Shown here one piece after another: positions 1-12,112 of a DNA stretch of 64,000 nucleotides. Position numbers and translations under genes: made by a program. The notes below the pieces were generated by a model. It was not told where the DNA came from. It did no database searches and saw only the letters and a list, made by a program, of their open reading frames with translations. The stretch spans positions 121,522,001 through 121,586,000 of the forward strand of contig NC_086097.1 of NCBI RefSeq assembly GCF_963921235.1. Direction: 5' to 3'. Numbering within the stretch: the first letter of the stretch is position 1; each line of letters starts with the position of its first letter. Source of the DNA: Mobula hypostoma (taxonomy: Eukaryota).

Positions 1-79
1 AGAGTGAAGACTTTCCAGGCGCAGATCCATGGTCTCGCAAGGCTAACGGATGCCTTTATTTAATATTTATATATATTTG

Positions 80-150
80 AGATAATTCTCCTCTTGTTTG
101 TATTTATGTTCCTTTTAAATCAATAAAAAGATTAATAAAGAAAAAGAGAG
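80..150 (+). mobile_element. Probable 3' end of an L1-type LINE
   Basis: AATAAAAAGATT plus an A-rich tail; the same terminal motif is on the minus strand of the L1 at about 60510-60530. Confidence 0.4.
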
Positions 151-222
151 AGAAGATGTCTTCAACTGCAATTTACTGAAATTGTACAACTCCACTCCAT
201 GTTAGCCATCTTATGATTGTCC

Positions 223-445
223 AAACAACAGGAATTCTGCAGATGCTGGAAATTCAAGCAACACACATAAAAGTTGCTGGTGAACGCAGCAGGCCAGGCA
301 GCGTCTCTAGGAAGAGGTGCAGTTGACGTTTCAGGCCGAGACCCTTCGTCAGGAGGGTCCTGACGAAGGGTCTCGGCCTGAAACGTCGACTGCACCTCTT
401 CCTAGAGATGCTGCCTGGCCTGCTGCGTTCACCAGCAACTTTTAT
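223..445. mobile_element. Head-to-head inverted pair of PLE terminal sequences (88-bp arms)
   Basis: 267-354 is the reverse complement of 358-445 with 2 mismatches. The sequence closely matches the 3' end of the GIY-YIG-bearing PLE at 44890-44985. Confidence 0.85.
356..391 (+). ncRNA. Minimal type I hammerhead ribozyme motif (PLE-type)
   Basis: GGUC-CUGACGA-AGG(GUCUCGG)CCU-GAA-ACGU-C-GACU. Conserved core, helix I GGUC/GACU, palindromic ACGU in place of helix III, predicted cleavage after C387. Confidence 0.7.
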
Positions 446-1220
446 AATGTTTTATGATTGTCCATTTTATTTCATACCGTTCGAACAATTATAGTAGAAG
501 TGTGATCAATCGAGTTATGATGTTCTTCTAAATGTTCTTTTAAGGTTTATCCCTTAATGGAGAACATTTCTGTGTGACGTTGCTCAATGTGGGGAGGCTG
601 ATACACAGGCAGTCACCACATGTTCCTTGACAGATCGGGGTCGGGGTCCAGTGGCATGGAATGCAAGATGACAGGGAATGTAACAACTACAGTTTGTTTC
701 AAAGTTATTCTGTGTCTACCTTTGTACACTTTGCTTTTCTTTCCTTCTTATTTAGTGAAATATAGCTTAGATACTCCTTGATAGAAAGATTTATATCCCA
801 AGACTTTTTACTGAAGTGCAATGAATTGATAGCTTGGTATTTCATGGCTTATATCCTTGCAGTATAATACCATGTGTCAGCAGGGAAGATAGTTTAAGTG
901 ACTCTTCTAGCGTTCATCTTCACAAGTATGAAATTAATTAGTTTGAATTCTGGGAGCAAAATAGAATGTATGAACATGCAACTTACTTTGGTTTCTTTGA
1001 GAAAGGACATTTTCAGTCTACAATGGTACAAAGTAATTCAGATCATTGCAACATACTAATGACAAGTGCAAACTTTTGAATTGTTTTCTTTCAGCTACTC
1101 CACTGCTATTTTTGACAGGTCATTATATTTGAAAATGTATCACTATTAGATGCCTTTTTAATATTGAAAATTATGCATTGTAACTAGTTTTATCCATGAA
1201 TCAATATTTAGACTCTTAAT

Positions 1221-2915
1221 CATAAGATCATAAGACCATAGGACATAGGAGCAAAATTAGGCCATTCAGCCCATTGCGTCTGTTCCGCCATTCCATCATG
1301 GCTGATTCCAGATCCCACTCAACTCCATACACCTGCCTTCTCGCCATGTCCTTTGATGCCCTGACCAATCAGGAAATAACCAACTTCCTCCTTAAATATA
1401 CCCATGGATTTGGCCTCTACTGCCGTCTGTAGTATAGCAGTCCACAAATTCACTGCTCTCTGGCTTAAAAAAAAAATCCTCCTTACCTCTTCACCAATTT
1501 GCACATTGCACATTCAGATGGAGATGTAATGTAAAGATTTTTACTCCTTGTATATGTGAAGGATGTAAGAAATAAAGTCAATTCAATTCAATTCAAAAAG
1601 GTCTCCCCTCAATTTTGAGGCTGTTCCCTTTAGCTCTGGAAACCCCACCATAGAAAGCATCCTCTCCACGTCCACCCTATCTGGTCCTTTCAACATTTGG
1701 AAGGTTTCAATGAGATCCCACCGCATTCTTCTAAATTCCAGTCAGTACAGGCTCAAAGCTGCCAAATGCTCCTCATATGTTAACCCCTTCATTCCCAGAA
1801 TTATCCTTGTTAGCCAAAGACAACAAATCCTTTTAGAGATATGGGGCCCACAACTGTTGACAATACTCCAAGTGCGGCCTGACTAGTGACTGATAAAGGC
1901 TCAGATTATCTTCTTGCTGTTATATTCTATTCCCCTTGAAATAAATAGCAACATTGCATTTGCCTTCTTTACCACTGACTCAACCTCTAAATTAACCTTC
2001 TGGGTGTCTTGCACGAGGACTTCCAAGTCCCTCTGCACCTCTGATGTTTGAACCTTCTCTGCATTTAGATAATAGTCTGCACTATTGTTTCTTCTAGCAA
2101 AATGCATTATCGTACATTTCCCAACACTGTATTCCATCTGCCACTTTTTTGCCCATTCTTCCAATTTATCTAAGTCCTGCTGCAATCGCATTGCTTCCTC
2201 AGCACTACCTACCCCTCCGCCTATCTTTGTATCCTCCACAAACATTGCCACAATTCCATTATCCACGTCATTGACAAACAATGTGAAAAGTAGTGGTGCC
2301 AATACTGACCCCTGAGGAATACCACTAGTCCCTGGCAGCCAACCAGAAAAGGCCTCCCCTTTTATTCCCACTCGCTGCCTCCTGCCTGTCAGCCATTCCT
2401 TTGTCCATGCCAGAATCTTTCTTGTAATGCTGTAGGATTTTATTTTGTTAAGCAGCCTCCTGTGTGGCATCTTATCAAATGCCTTCTGAAAATCCAGATA
2501 ACTGACAATCACTGCCTCTCCCCTGTCCACCCTATTTGTTACTTCCTTGAAGAAATCTAACAGATTTGTCAGGCAAGATTTCCCTTTACAGAAACCATGC
2601 TGACTTTGACTTGGTTTCATTATCATTAGTCTCCAAGTTACCTGAATCCTCATCCTTAATAATAGACTCCATCAGTTTCCCAACCACTGAGGTTCGGCTA
2701 ACTGGCCTATGACTTCCTTTCTTTTGCCTCCCTTCCTTGAAGAGTGGAGTGGCATTTGCAATCTTCCAGTTCTCTGAGACCACACCAGAATCAAGTAATA
2801 CTTGAAAGATCATGACCGATATATCCATATCTCTTCTGAAACCTCTTTCAGGACTCTGGGATGTAGTCCATCTGGTTCAGGTGACTTATCCACCTTAAGA
2901 TCTTTGAGTTTGCCT
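1221..2915 (-). mobile_element. CR1 LINE, 5'-truncated and degenerate (RT plus 3' end)
   Basis: ORFs 1901..2653 (QHGF..KSCLTNL, YLDFQKAFDK, GIPQGSVL) and 2586..2828; tandem-repeat tail at about 1221-1245. Confidence 0.9.
1491..1596 (+). mobile_element. Short LINE 3'-tail fragment (Rex1-like) inserted into the CR1
   Basis: AATAAA followed by (CAATT)n; interrupts otherwise continuous CR1 sequence. Confidence 0.5.
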
Positions 2916-3463
2916 TCTCTTGTAATTGCAGTAAAGCTGTGATAATTTTCTTAATGCCTATTGACATCAGTCCATATCAACTCTCGTTTTGTATCATTAA
3001 TTGAAAATTCAAGATTGTTTTTTCATTCTTTAGTACACGAGTATAAAAGGGAACAAAAAGTCTGTCATTGTACTTGTGAAGCTTTGACTGACTGAAATCC
3101 ACAACTAGAAACTTTGAAATACTTTCTAAAAATTTAAAGCTAGGACTGTTATTGGGAACTAGGGCAACTGCTGAGCCTTTGCACACCGCCATCTTAGAGT
3201 CCAACCTCCATCTCCTGCTTAATGCAATAAATATCCGCTGGCAACTCTTAAATGTAGTTATGATACTCCATGATTTGCATTTGGTTAACTACTTCATATA
3301 AAGTGAATTGTATTAGATTGCAAATATTTCATGATTATAATTTTACTTCAATGTGGTTTGCCAGAACAACCAACCATGTAAAAAATAAGTTAAAGCTGAA
3401 TTACGCAATACAACATTATTGATAATGATCAATATTTTTTATTGATATTTCTTCTCCTTTCAG

Positions 3464-3560
3464 TATCCTTAGTTTTGCAGAAAGACAAAGATACAATTTC
3501 TGAGGTGGCAGCCTTGCTGACTCTGCTTCTTTTTGATGAAGTAGCCAGAATGGATACTTG
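3464..3560 (+). CDS. RTTN: Rotatin internal coding exon 1 of 9 in window: (V)SLVLQKDKDTISEVAALLTLLLFDEVARMDT(W)
   Basis: Pyrimidine tract plus CAG acceptor (ttcttctcctttcag) and GTAAGA donor. Starts in phase 1; terminal TG joins G5113 to give TGG. Resembles human rotatin VSLIFHED...LLLFDEVSRMDMW (from memory). Confidence 0.9.
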
Positions 3561-3672
3561 GTAAGACTGCAGTTTGTCAGCTTAACAGCTGAAATTATTG
3601 AAGTGTTTAAAATGTAAAAGTCTAGTAAGTCTGTAGTGTAGCTCATTGTCTTGGTACACCAAATTGTGTTTA

Positions 3673-3958
3673 AGATTAGTTTTATTTGTCACATGTACAT
3701 TGAAACAATAGGAAAAATATGTCATTTGCATCAAATCAAGTTAGCTGAGCAGCCTGCAAGTGTCAGTGTACTTCAGTCGCCAACATAGCATGACCACAAC
3801 TTATCCTGACCTGTAAGTCTTTAGAATGTGGGAGGAAACCAGAGTACCCAGAGGAAACGTGGAGAACGTAGAACCTCTTTGCTGACGGCAGCGGGAATTG
3901 AACCCTGATCTTACAACTGGCGCTGAATAGTGTTACGTTAATCACTATGCTATAGTAC
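3673..3958 (-). mobile_element. tRNA-derived V-domain SINE
   Basis: Minus strand shows A-box/B-box-like head (GGTTCAATTCC) and the core gtttcctctgggtactctggtttcctcccaca, repeated elsewhere in the window. Confidence 0.65.
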
Positions 3959-5112
3959 CAATTTTATCAAAATATGTGATCACTACAGCTGGAGAAATTA
4001 ATGTATATGATGGCTCAATATGCCTCTGATGTGCCATCAACAGCAGTGTGATGACATTGTAAGCCCTGGCATATAGCACAGTATTAATTTTTTTATCTGG
4101 AGTTTTAATGCCAACTTTGATATAATCGATGACCTGACTTCAAGTGACCAATTGTTGCAGAATTCCATATTTCTGTTGCTGCCATTGAAGACGGGGTTTA
4201 TCTTTTATGTTTTCTTGTATGCTTTCCCAAATCTGCAATTACCTGTGTTCTCAGCAAATCCCCCTTCCCCAGCTTGATTGTCTCCCAGGCATCCCTGGGT
4301 TGCCAACCAACTACTCCAACTTAATCTCTTCCTCAACCTGTTCTCCAACCTTGGCTGGATCCTGCTAAATCACAAACCATTCCAATGTCTCTCTAAAGAT
4401 ACATCCTTTTCTTCTCCTTAACCTTAATCCTTACTTCATCCACTATAATATTCCACAACCTAACTGACTTTCCTGCACAAAATTTTCTTGATATTTGAGG
4501 TAAACCTTAGGCAATGTTTAAAATTTAAGACAATATATTTATGAATTATTGTATGTGATTACTTAGCATAAGCTGATGCCTGTTTGCAGGATTTCCATTA
4601 AACAGTACTAGACTTTGTAAATAACGCGGCCCAGTAATACTAAAAGCACGTCTTCATTTGAGCTATCTGATTTATTTTCATATATTGGTGTAAAAATATC
4701 CAAAGAAAAATAATTATTTTCACTTTAATTAATTTATAATTAAAACAGGATGGAAACTCATCTCTTGAGCATCAAGGTGATCTGATTGAAACCTATCAAA
4801 TGCTGTTTCATTTTGTTTAAAGCTGACTTTTACAACGATAATTAAAACTCCCTGACCTAAATAGAGTGTTCAGTTATCATGCTGTTCTTATGAGGTAATG
4901 TAGGTATATGTTATATGTCTGTATATGATAGTTTTAGACTGACGCGAAATTGATGGTCAACATAATGGGTATCTGTGGATGATGCAGGTCACCATGTTTG
5001 CAGTCTGAAGCTCTTGGTGATTAATCAGAAGCAGAATCCTGCATTTGTTTCTGTGTTGTTGATGTGTCTCCTGGTATTGATTACTTTGTTCACAAGGCCA
5101 TTTTCTTAACAG

Positions 5113-5169
5113 GTCTGATAGTGCTGCCACTCCAACTCCATTCAGCTTGCCTGTGGTTGTAACTCAGAG
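5113..5169 (+). CDS. RTTN: Rotatin exon 2 of 9 (57 nt): SDSAATPTPFSLPVVVTQ(R)
   Basis: ttttcttaacag acceptor, GTAAGC donor. Phase 2/2 fits both neighbours; FSLPV matches rotatin FSLPVSVFRR. Confidence 0.88.
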
Positions 5170-5384
5170 GTAAGCCTTTTTGAAAAGCACATCTTAATGT
5201 TATTTCTTTATCTAAATTAAAATATCAGCACACATTTCCATCCATCTTGATTTGGTGTGGCAGTATGTATATGGGCACAGATTGCCCGTTGCTTTAAAAA
5301 AAAGCAATATATCAGAAACTTAATCATGACAATAAAATTAAAATCTATTAAAAATAAAATTAAGATCTATTTATCCTGGAAATA

Positions 5385-5635
5385 AGACCATAAGATGTAA
5401 GAACAGAATTAGGCCATTCAACCCATCGAGTCTGCTCCACTATTTCATCACGGCCAATTTATTATCCCTCTCAACCCCACTCGCCTGCCTTTTCCCTCTA
5501 ACAGTTGACACCCTTTCTCATCAAGAGCATATCAACCTCTGCTTTAAATTTACTTAATTACTTGGCATCCACAGATGTCTGCGGCAATGAATTTCTCAGA
5601 TTCATCACCCTCTGGCCAAAAAAATTCCTCCTCAC
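5385..5635 (-). mobile_element. CR1 3'-end fragment
   Basis: Similar to 1221-1490 (tail plus ggccattcaacccatcgagtctgctcc). Confidence 0.75.
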
Positions 5636-5740
5636 AGGAATAGACACTTCACTCACTTCCACACCTCAAAATCCAGCTGAAAGCATAAAGTACAATTTTT
5701 GTTTATAACATTTTATGGGAATTTTGACATGAAACAAGTA

Positions 5741-6298
5741 CACTTAGTGGCCACTTTATTAGATACCCATTGTATGTAATAAAGTGGCCACTGCGTGTAT
5801 GTTTGTGGTGTTCTGCTGCCGTAGCCCATCCACTTCAAGGTTCGAAGTGTTGTGCGTTCAGAGATGTTCTTCTGTACACTACTGTTGTGATGCGTGTTTA
5901 CTTGAGTCTGTGTCGCCTTCCTGTCAGCTTGAACCAGTTTGGCCATTCTCCTCTGACCATGATGCATTTTCGCCACAGAACTGCTGTGCACTGTATTTAT
6001 TTTGTTTCTCACACTAATCTCTATAAATTCTAGAAATTGCTGTGTGTGAAAATTCCAGGAGATCAGCAGTTTTTGAGATGCTTAAACTACTCTGTCTGGC
6101 ACCAACAATCATTCCACGGTCACAGTCACTTAGATCACATTTCTTCCTCATTCTGATGTTTGGTCTGAACAACAACTGAACCTCTTGACCATGTCTGCAT
6201 GCTTTTATGCATTCAGTTGCTGCCAGATGATTTTCTGATTAGATATTTCCATTAGCTAGCTGTTGTACAGGTGTACCTAATAAAGCAGGCACTGAGTG
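5741..6298 (-). mobile_element. Non-autonomous Tc1-like element (N-terminal HTH remnant)
   Basis: TA flanks at 5739-5740 and 6299-6300; TIRs CACTTAGTGGCCACTTTATTAG / CTAATAAAGCAGGCACTGAGTG. ORF 5713..6012 includes GQRRMAKLVQADRKAT...SERTTLRTLKWMGY. Confidence 0.85.
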
Positions 6299-6828
6299 TA
6301 TACCTTATTTATTTAAAACTACCATATAATTTCTGTTTTATCTTTTGAAGACTTCAGTAATTATAATTTTATAATGTGCAAATGACTATGCCAGTCATTT
6401 CTGAATTATTCAGTATGTAATGGAGGTGCAAACCTACATAATTTGATTCAGAATTATTTATCATATGTACATCCTCACATCATCTCACCGACCTAACCAC
6501 AGACAGTACTCCAACTCTAGGAAGTTATAAACCAATGAAACTTATGCTTTTATTATTTAAGTATTTGAAAACATAATTAATCACCCCTTCCCCATAAGCT
6601 CAGTTTCCCAATGCAGTTCCTACAGTTAGCATGGTGACTTGTTAAGACACTCCTTATGTCTGAGGTCTTGTTTTGTTGGATCTAGCACTACAGCATAGCT
6701 ACAATTTTAATTGGCTGGAAACCCCCATATAGGATGCTTTAATTGTAGTAAATATTATTTTGTTCGTTAGCTTTTATGTGGTTTCTTCTCTCACTCATTG
6801 CTTTGATTTGTTTTATTAACTCAAAAAG

Positions 6829-7023
6829 GTACAATTTGATGGTCAAAGTGGCAGTTCATCATGCTGTGAGCCCCTACTGTATTGTTGTTCTATCCAGTTC
6901 GGACCCCATGACCTTGACACCTGTACTGGATACGTTGAAACTAGCCTGGAATCTTGCATGGAATAATGGAATTGAGCAGACCTTGGATCAGGAAGGAGGT
7001 CAAAGAACTGATACTTCATCAGA
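6829..7023 (+). CDS. RTTN: Rotatin exon 3 of 9: YNLMVKVAVHHAVSPYCIVVLSSSDPMTLTPVLDTLKLAWNLAWNNGIEQTLDQEGGQRTDTSS(E)
   Basis: Inside ORF 6776..7027. AG at 6827-6828, GTAAGT donor at 7024. HHAVSPY and AWNLxW motifs of rotatin; phase 2/2. Confidence 0.92.
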
Positions 7024-7561
7024 GTAAGTGTCTGTTTTATATATATATATATATGAATAACACACACAAATTACTGGAGGAACTCAGCAGGCAACCCTTC
7101 ATCAGTACATTTTATGTTTTTTTTGCATTTTCATTGACTGTACAGTATGAATTCTGGTCTCCAAGCCCGCAAAATGTCACAAAGTGGTTAAAAGCATTGG
7201 TGAACAATATTAATAGTTTTATGATGAAGATAATGTAAGAGAACTTTGATGGAATTTTCAGTTATTCCCTGCAATTCTTTGGTAAAAATGTTCTCATGTT
7301 TGGGTATTATGTCAACATTTACTACCTATCTGTGTTTTCATGATCTGCATTTCACCTTGAGCCAAGAGCACTTTTGATGTTTTATAGTGGGTATGGAGTC
7401 ACATTTAAGCCAGATTCAGTAAGGAAAGTGGTTTTCCTCTCAAAAAGACATCATTGAATCATGTATGTTTTTATGAACACATAGTAATTTTTTTGTACAT
7501 CAGTGTTTGCTTTTATTCTAGTTTATTCAGAATATAAATTCTCCAGGCTGACTTTGGAACT

Positions 7562-7820
7562 TGAGACACAAGACTGCAAATAATGGAATCTGGAGCAACA
7601 CAGAAACTGCTGAAGGAGCTCAATATATATGGAGGAAAATGGGCAGTCAATATTTTTGGGTCAAGACCCTTCATCTGGACTGCAAAGTGGTCAAATATTA
7701 TGGTCCTGACTTAGTCCCTTTTAAAGGTCTCAGCCTGAAACGTTGACTGGTTATTCCTCTCCATAGATGCTGCCTGACCTCCTGAGTTCTGGTTTTCCAG
7801 CCTCTGCAGAATCTCTTGTG
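7562..7820. mobile_element. Decayed head-to-head PLE terminal pair
   Basis: Minus copy at about 7562-7682 and plus copy at about 7724-7820; both resemble 223-445. Confidence 0.6.
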
Positions 7821-7844
7821 TATGTGATATAATGGTTTGACTGA

Positions 7845-8170
7845 TGATATTAAAACTATGGATGTTTCCTATAGTGGGAAAGTTTAGGACCAGAGGGCAC
7901 GGCCTTAGAATAGAAGGACATCCCTATAGAATAGAGATGAGGAGGAATTTCTTTGGCAAGAAGGTGGTGAATCTATTGAATTCATTGCCACAGACAGCTG
8001 TCACTATTTATTATTATTTAAAGTGGAGGTTGTTAAGTTCTTGAGTAGTAAGGGTGTCAAAGTTGATAGGGAGAAGGCAGGAAAATGGGGTTGAGAGGGA
8101 AAATAAATCAACCATGATGAAATGGTAGAGCAGACTCGATGGGTCACACAGCCTAATTTTGCTCCTGTGT
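7845..8170 (+). mobile_element. CR1 3'-end fragment (sense)
   Basis: ORF 7844..8044: MFPIVGKFRTRGHGLRIEG...RRNFF..VVNLLNSLPQ. Confidence 0.8.
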
Positions 8171-8270
8171 CAATTGGTATTTATCTGAACTATATTGAAT
8201 TTCATGGTGCATTTAAATGTACTCCTATTGATTTAAATGACATATTAATTTGTTGTTTTTTTGAATGTAG

Positions 8271-8510
8271 GTTTCCAGAAGACATGAGGCTGTCTCCTGT
8301 TGACAAAATAGTGCTTAAAACAAGTCACATTACCAGTGGTCTGCAGGATTCTCTTCTTTCCATCACCAATGCTGTCTCTCACAGTGCCGTCTATTCTGCT
8401 CTTGCCAGGATGAGATTGTATTTATTGAATGACAAACTAGCATTAAAACAAGGATCTGGCAGCTGTATATCTATATTACACAACCTTCAGTGGCATACAG
8501 TATTGGGCAG
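8271..8510 (+). CDS. RTTN: Rotatin exon 4 of 9: FPEDMRLSPVDKIVLKTSHITSGLQDSLLSITNAVSHSAVYSALARMRLYLLNDKLALKQGSGSCISILHNLQWHTVLG(R)
   Basis: Inside ORF 8122..8535. tgtag acceptor, GTTTGT donor. SGLQD, YLLND and WHT motifs match rotatin; phase 2/2. Confidence 0.92.
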
Positions 8511-9580
8511 GTTTGTACAATTGCTGAAAATGTAACTCTTGAGTATCTGCCATATATAACTATTATTTTTTCATATCCATTTATGATTCATGTAGGTTTT
8601 ATTTAAAAACTCTAGCCACCATTTTTCTCTAAATGATTTCCATGATTTTCAAGGTAGTATCAGAAATGCAATTAAAGTGGATTCCAGTTAATTGTCCAGC
8701 TGCTTATTTGGGACAACTCTGAAAGAAAAAAAAATCTAATCAAGAAAATACCCAGGGTTCTCTTTGTTTATTTGGGATACTGCTGCTTAATTGGGGCAGG
8801 ACACTGTTACAGAACAGTTTCTAACTGGCACCAGTCATATGAATGGTTTTTAAATAGGGTAAGTGCGAAGAATTTGAAGATCTCAACAATGATCTTAAAT
8901 GGTACAATGGAAATGAAGATTTAGAGGATGCAGTTGTCAACAGGACTGTATGAAAGTAGTCTATTATTTGCACTAGGTGTCTGTGCTGATTTTGTTCGTT
9001 TATGGTCAAAGGAACATGATGTGGATGATATCCTCCATCGATAAGTATTAGAAACTAATACACAGTTTTATAGTACTGCAGTAATATTGGTAGTGTTCTA
9101 TTTTTTTAATCCCTTTTTAACTATTTCCATGAAGCATTGGCTGATTGGGACAGCCACTTAATTGGGACAAAATGTACGCATCCCAATGTGTCCTAATTAA
9201 TCAGAATCCACTGTATTTGATCTAGAACATTGGACATTACAGCACAGTACAGAATAATAGGTCTGTAATTTTCTTTTTGCTGCCTCCCTCCTTCCTTAAA
9301 CTTTTAATGCACTTTCAAGGAACTTCATATTCTTCCTAAAGGTGTTCGGAATTGGACACAGCACTCCAGTTGTAGCATAAAAAGTATTTTGAATACTTTG
9401 AATAAATTCTCCACTTTTGAACTTTATGCCTCAGTTTATGAATGCACGATCTCATATGCATTACTATCCACCCTCTCAACCTAAGCTTCCACTTTCAAGG
9501 ATTAATAAATGTACATAACCAAGTCCTTCTATTTGCACCCTTTTTAGAATCAGGACTATGATGATGGTTTACGATGGACA

Positions 9581-9960
9581 AGTCCTGATGAAGGGTCTTG
9601 GCCGAAATATCATTCTTTATTCCTTTCCATGGACGCTGCCTGATCTGCTAAGTTCCTCCAGCATTTTGTGTGTGTTACCTTAAATTCAATCTTTTTTTAT
9701 CTGTCCGTTCAGCCAGCCTGTCTATGTCTCCTTGCAGTAATTGAAAAAGCAACAGAGTTGCTGATTCTGGTAATCTGAAACCAAAACAGTAAATAATGAT
9801 GAATATTATTTTTCCTTTTAAAAACGCAAACACGGAATCTGCAGATGCTGGAATTTCAAGCAATGCACATAAAAATTGCTGGTGAACGCAGCAAGCCAGG
9901 CAACATCTCTTGGAAGAGGTACAGTTGATATTTTGGGCTGAGACCCTTCGTCAGGACTAT
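9581..9960. mobile_element. Two short PLE terminal copies (+ about 9581-9675; - about 9825-9960)
   Basis: agtcctgatgaagggtcttggccgaaatatc on +; atagtcctgacgaagggtctcagcccaaaatatc on -. Confidence 0.7.
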
Positions 9961-10489
9961 TTTCTGCACTTCTGAAAATGTTCCATATGCCTTTGTGTCA
10001 TTAACCAGCGTGTCAAGTGGGATGTTACCAAACTCCTGACAACCAATACATACCTTCATTAACTTTCTCTTACGCCTCATTAATAAATTAAATCCAGCGA
10101 GTCTAACACAATTTGCATTTAAAAAACCCACAATGACTCACTTTTATCAGCTTCAACTACTTCAAATGCTTATTAATATGTTTTCCTGATTATTTCCTGA
10201 CCTCAGTACTGATCTGAATCTACATCTTATGGACTCACTTTCTCTACAAGCCATATTCTCAATATTATTTATTTATTTATTTATTTATTTGCATTTGCAC
10301 AGTTAGTCATCTTTTCCACATTGTTTGCCAGTCATTTTATGTAGTTTTTCGTTGATTTTTTTTTCCATTCTGTCTGCAAAAAAATGGATCTCAGGGTAGT
10401 ATATGGTGTCAGATATGTATTTTGATAACTTACTTTGAACTTTGAAGTTAAATTGACCATCCTTAATTATCCCTTCCCACCTATGTTTG

Positions 10490-10910
10490 TGACACTTCTC
10501 ACGCTCTGGATTTTTTCAATGATTTTAAGTTCCCTGGCCCCCACCGCCTTATTTTCACCGTGGATGTCCAGTCCCTATATACCTCCATCCTCCATCAGGA
10601 AGGTCTCAAAGCTCTCCACTTCTTTTCAGATTCCAGACCTAACCAGTTCCCCTGTACCACCACTCTCCTCCGTCTAGCGGAATTAGTCCTTACTCTCAAT
10701 AATTTCTCCTTTGGCTCCTCCCACTTCCTCCAAACTAAAGGTGTAGCCATGGGCACCTGTATGGGTCCCAGCTATGCCTGCCTTTTTGTTGGCTTTGTGG
10801 AACAGTCCATGTTCCAAGCCTATACTGGTATCCGTCCCCCACTTTTCCTTCGGCAAGGACTCTCCCACCCCACCGATGACCCCTTCTCCCGTCTTCAACC
10901 CTCCTCCTCT
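10490..10910 (+). mobile_element. PLE reverse transcriptase fragment
   Basis: ORF 10560..10949: DVQSLYTSI...LVLTLNNFSF...QTKGVAMG...PSYACLFVG, typical PLE RT motifs. Confidence 0.85.
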
Positions 10911-11705
10911 TCAAATTCCCTAATTAGCCTAACTCCTTGTATTATCTAGTTACAATACACATTTGTGTTATACACCATTCTTTCCCTTAGTACTTAATTT
11001 TCCTTTTCACTTCTCTATATACTTTCCCCTTATGTTGTTCTTAAATATTTTATCTTTTGCCCTTAACCTATGACCTCACCAAACCTCAGTGGAAGAAGAC
11101 TGGAATATCTACTTATTCAAGGTCAGATATTTTTCCGTTAATAGTTTTACCTTCCAGTAGTATTTGGATCCATTTTACCTTAAACAGTTTTTTTTTGTCA
11201 TTCCACTGTAGTTAGCCCTCTTCCATTTTAGGTCCATTTAAAACTTAACTTGCATATCTCCGTTTTCTACATAATGAGTCGCGATCACTGTTCTTCAAGT
11301 GTTGTCACTGTTCCCTTCATGCTGCCTTCTGCTGTCTGCTCCTCACTCACGCACACACTTTACTCATTACCCAAATATTGTCGATCAATATCAGAGTAAT
11401 TCGTAATGCTACAGGTCATGCATGCATCTGGAAGTTTTGGTAGGGTTGTTGTTTTCAGTGAAATGCATAACTAAGGGACCATGGATTACATTGACAGCTT
11501 AAAAAAAAACTCTGAAGGATTGGAATTCCCATTTTTTTAAATGATTTAAGCTTGAGGTTTATTTTCGCCTCTTAATTTTCTTAGGACTAAAGCTGCCATT
11601 TCAAAAATAATGAAAGATCACATGTATTGAAAATTAAACTCTTGCTTTGTTCCATTAGCTGCCTTGGTTTGAAATGTCATACAATTATCATTAATTATGT
11701 TCCAG

Positions 11706-11850
11706 GTTTTTACAAGTTCTTCCAGCCTGTGCTGAAGATGAGAAGCTTTTGGCTGATGTTGTTGTTTTCCTAACCAAAACCTTGATAGCTCAAAGAGATG
11801 CTCCAAATGCCAAATATCTAAGCTCACTCCTGGATCTCCTGGTTAGACAG
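11706..11850 (+). CDS. RTTN: Rotatin exon 5 of 9: FLQVLPACAEDEKLLADVVVFLTKTLIAQRDAPNAKYLSSLLDLLVRQ
   Basis: ttccag acceptor, GTACAG donor; hand translation matches rotatin RFLQVLPACTEDEKLL. Phase 2/0. Not in the ORF track. Confidence 0.92.
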
Positions 11851-12112
11851 GTACAGTAGCAAAATCTAATTAATACTTACAGTATAAAAATACATTAATA
11901 CTCATGAATGTATGATCAATTAAAAAATAGAGGATAACATCTGAATTTAGGAAGGAATAAATAAAAACTATAAATTGTTTACAATAGTCTTCGGTTGTAA
12001 ACAAAGTGGCCCAGTTTTACTCACTGGGACTTTCTAAAGATTCAACAGCAAACTTTATCAGTGAAATAATTTCAGTTTCTTTAAAAAAGAGAGGTTATTG
12101 TGCACTGATTAT

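Noticed and set aside
162..395. 77-aa ORF with PDEGSRPETSTAPLP, recurring at 44833..45021
   Set aside because: Translation of the non-coding PLE terminus; the conservation is better explained by the RNA motif.
8122..8535. ORF-track starts and ends for the RTTN-containing ORFs (also 6776, 27665, 36679)
   Set aside because: They extend into introns or start mid-exon; the true limits are set by splice sites.
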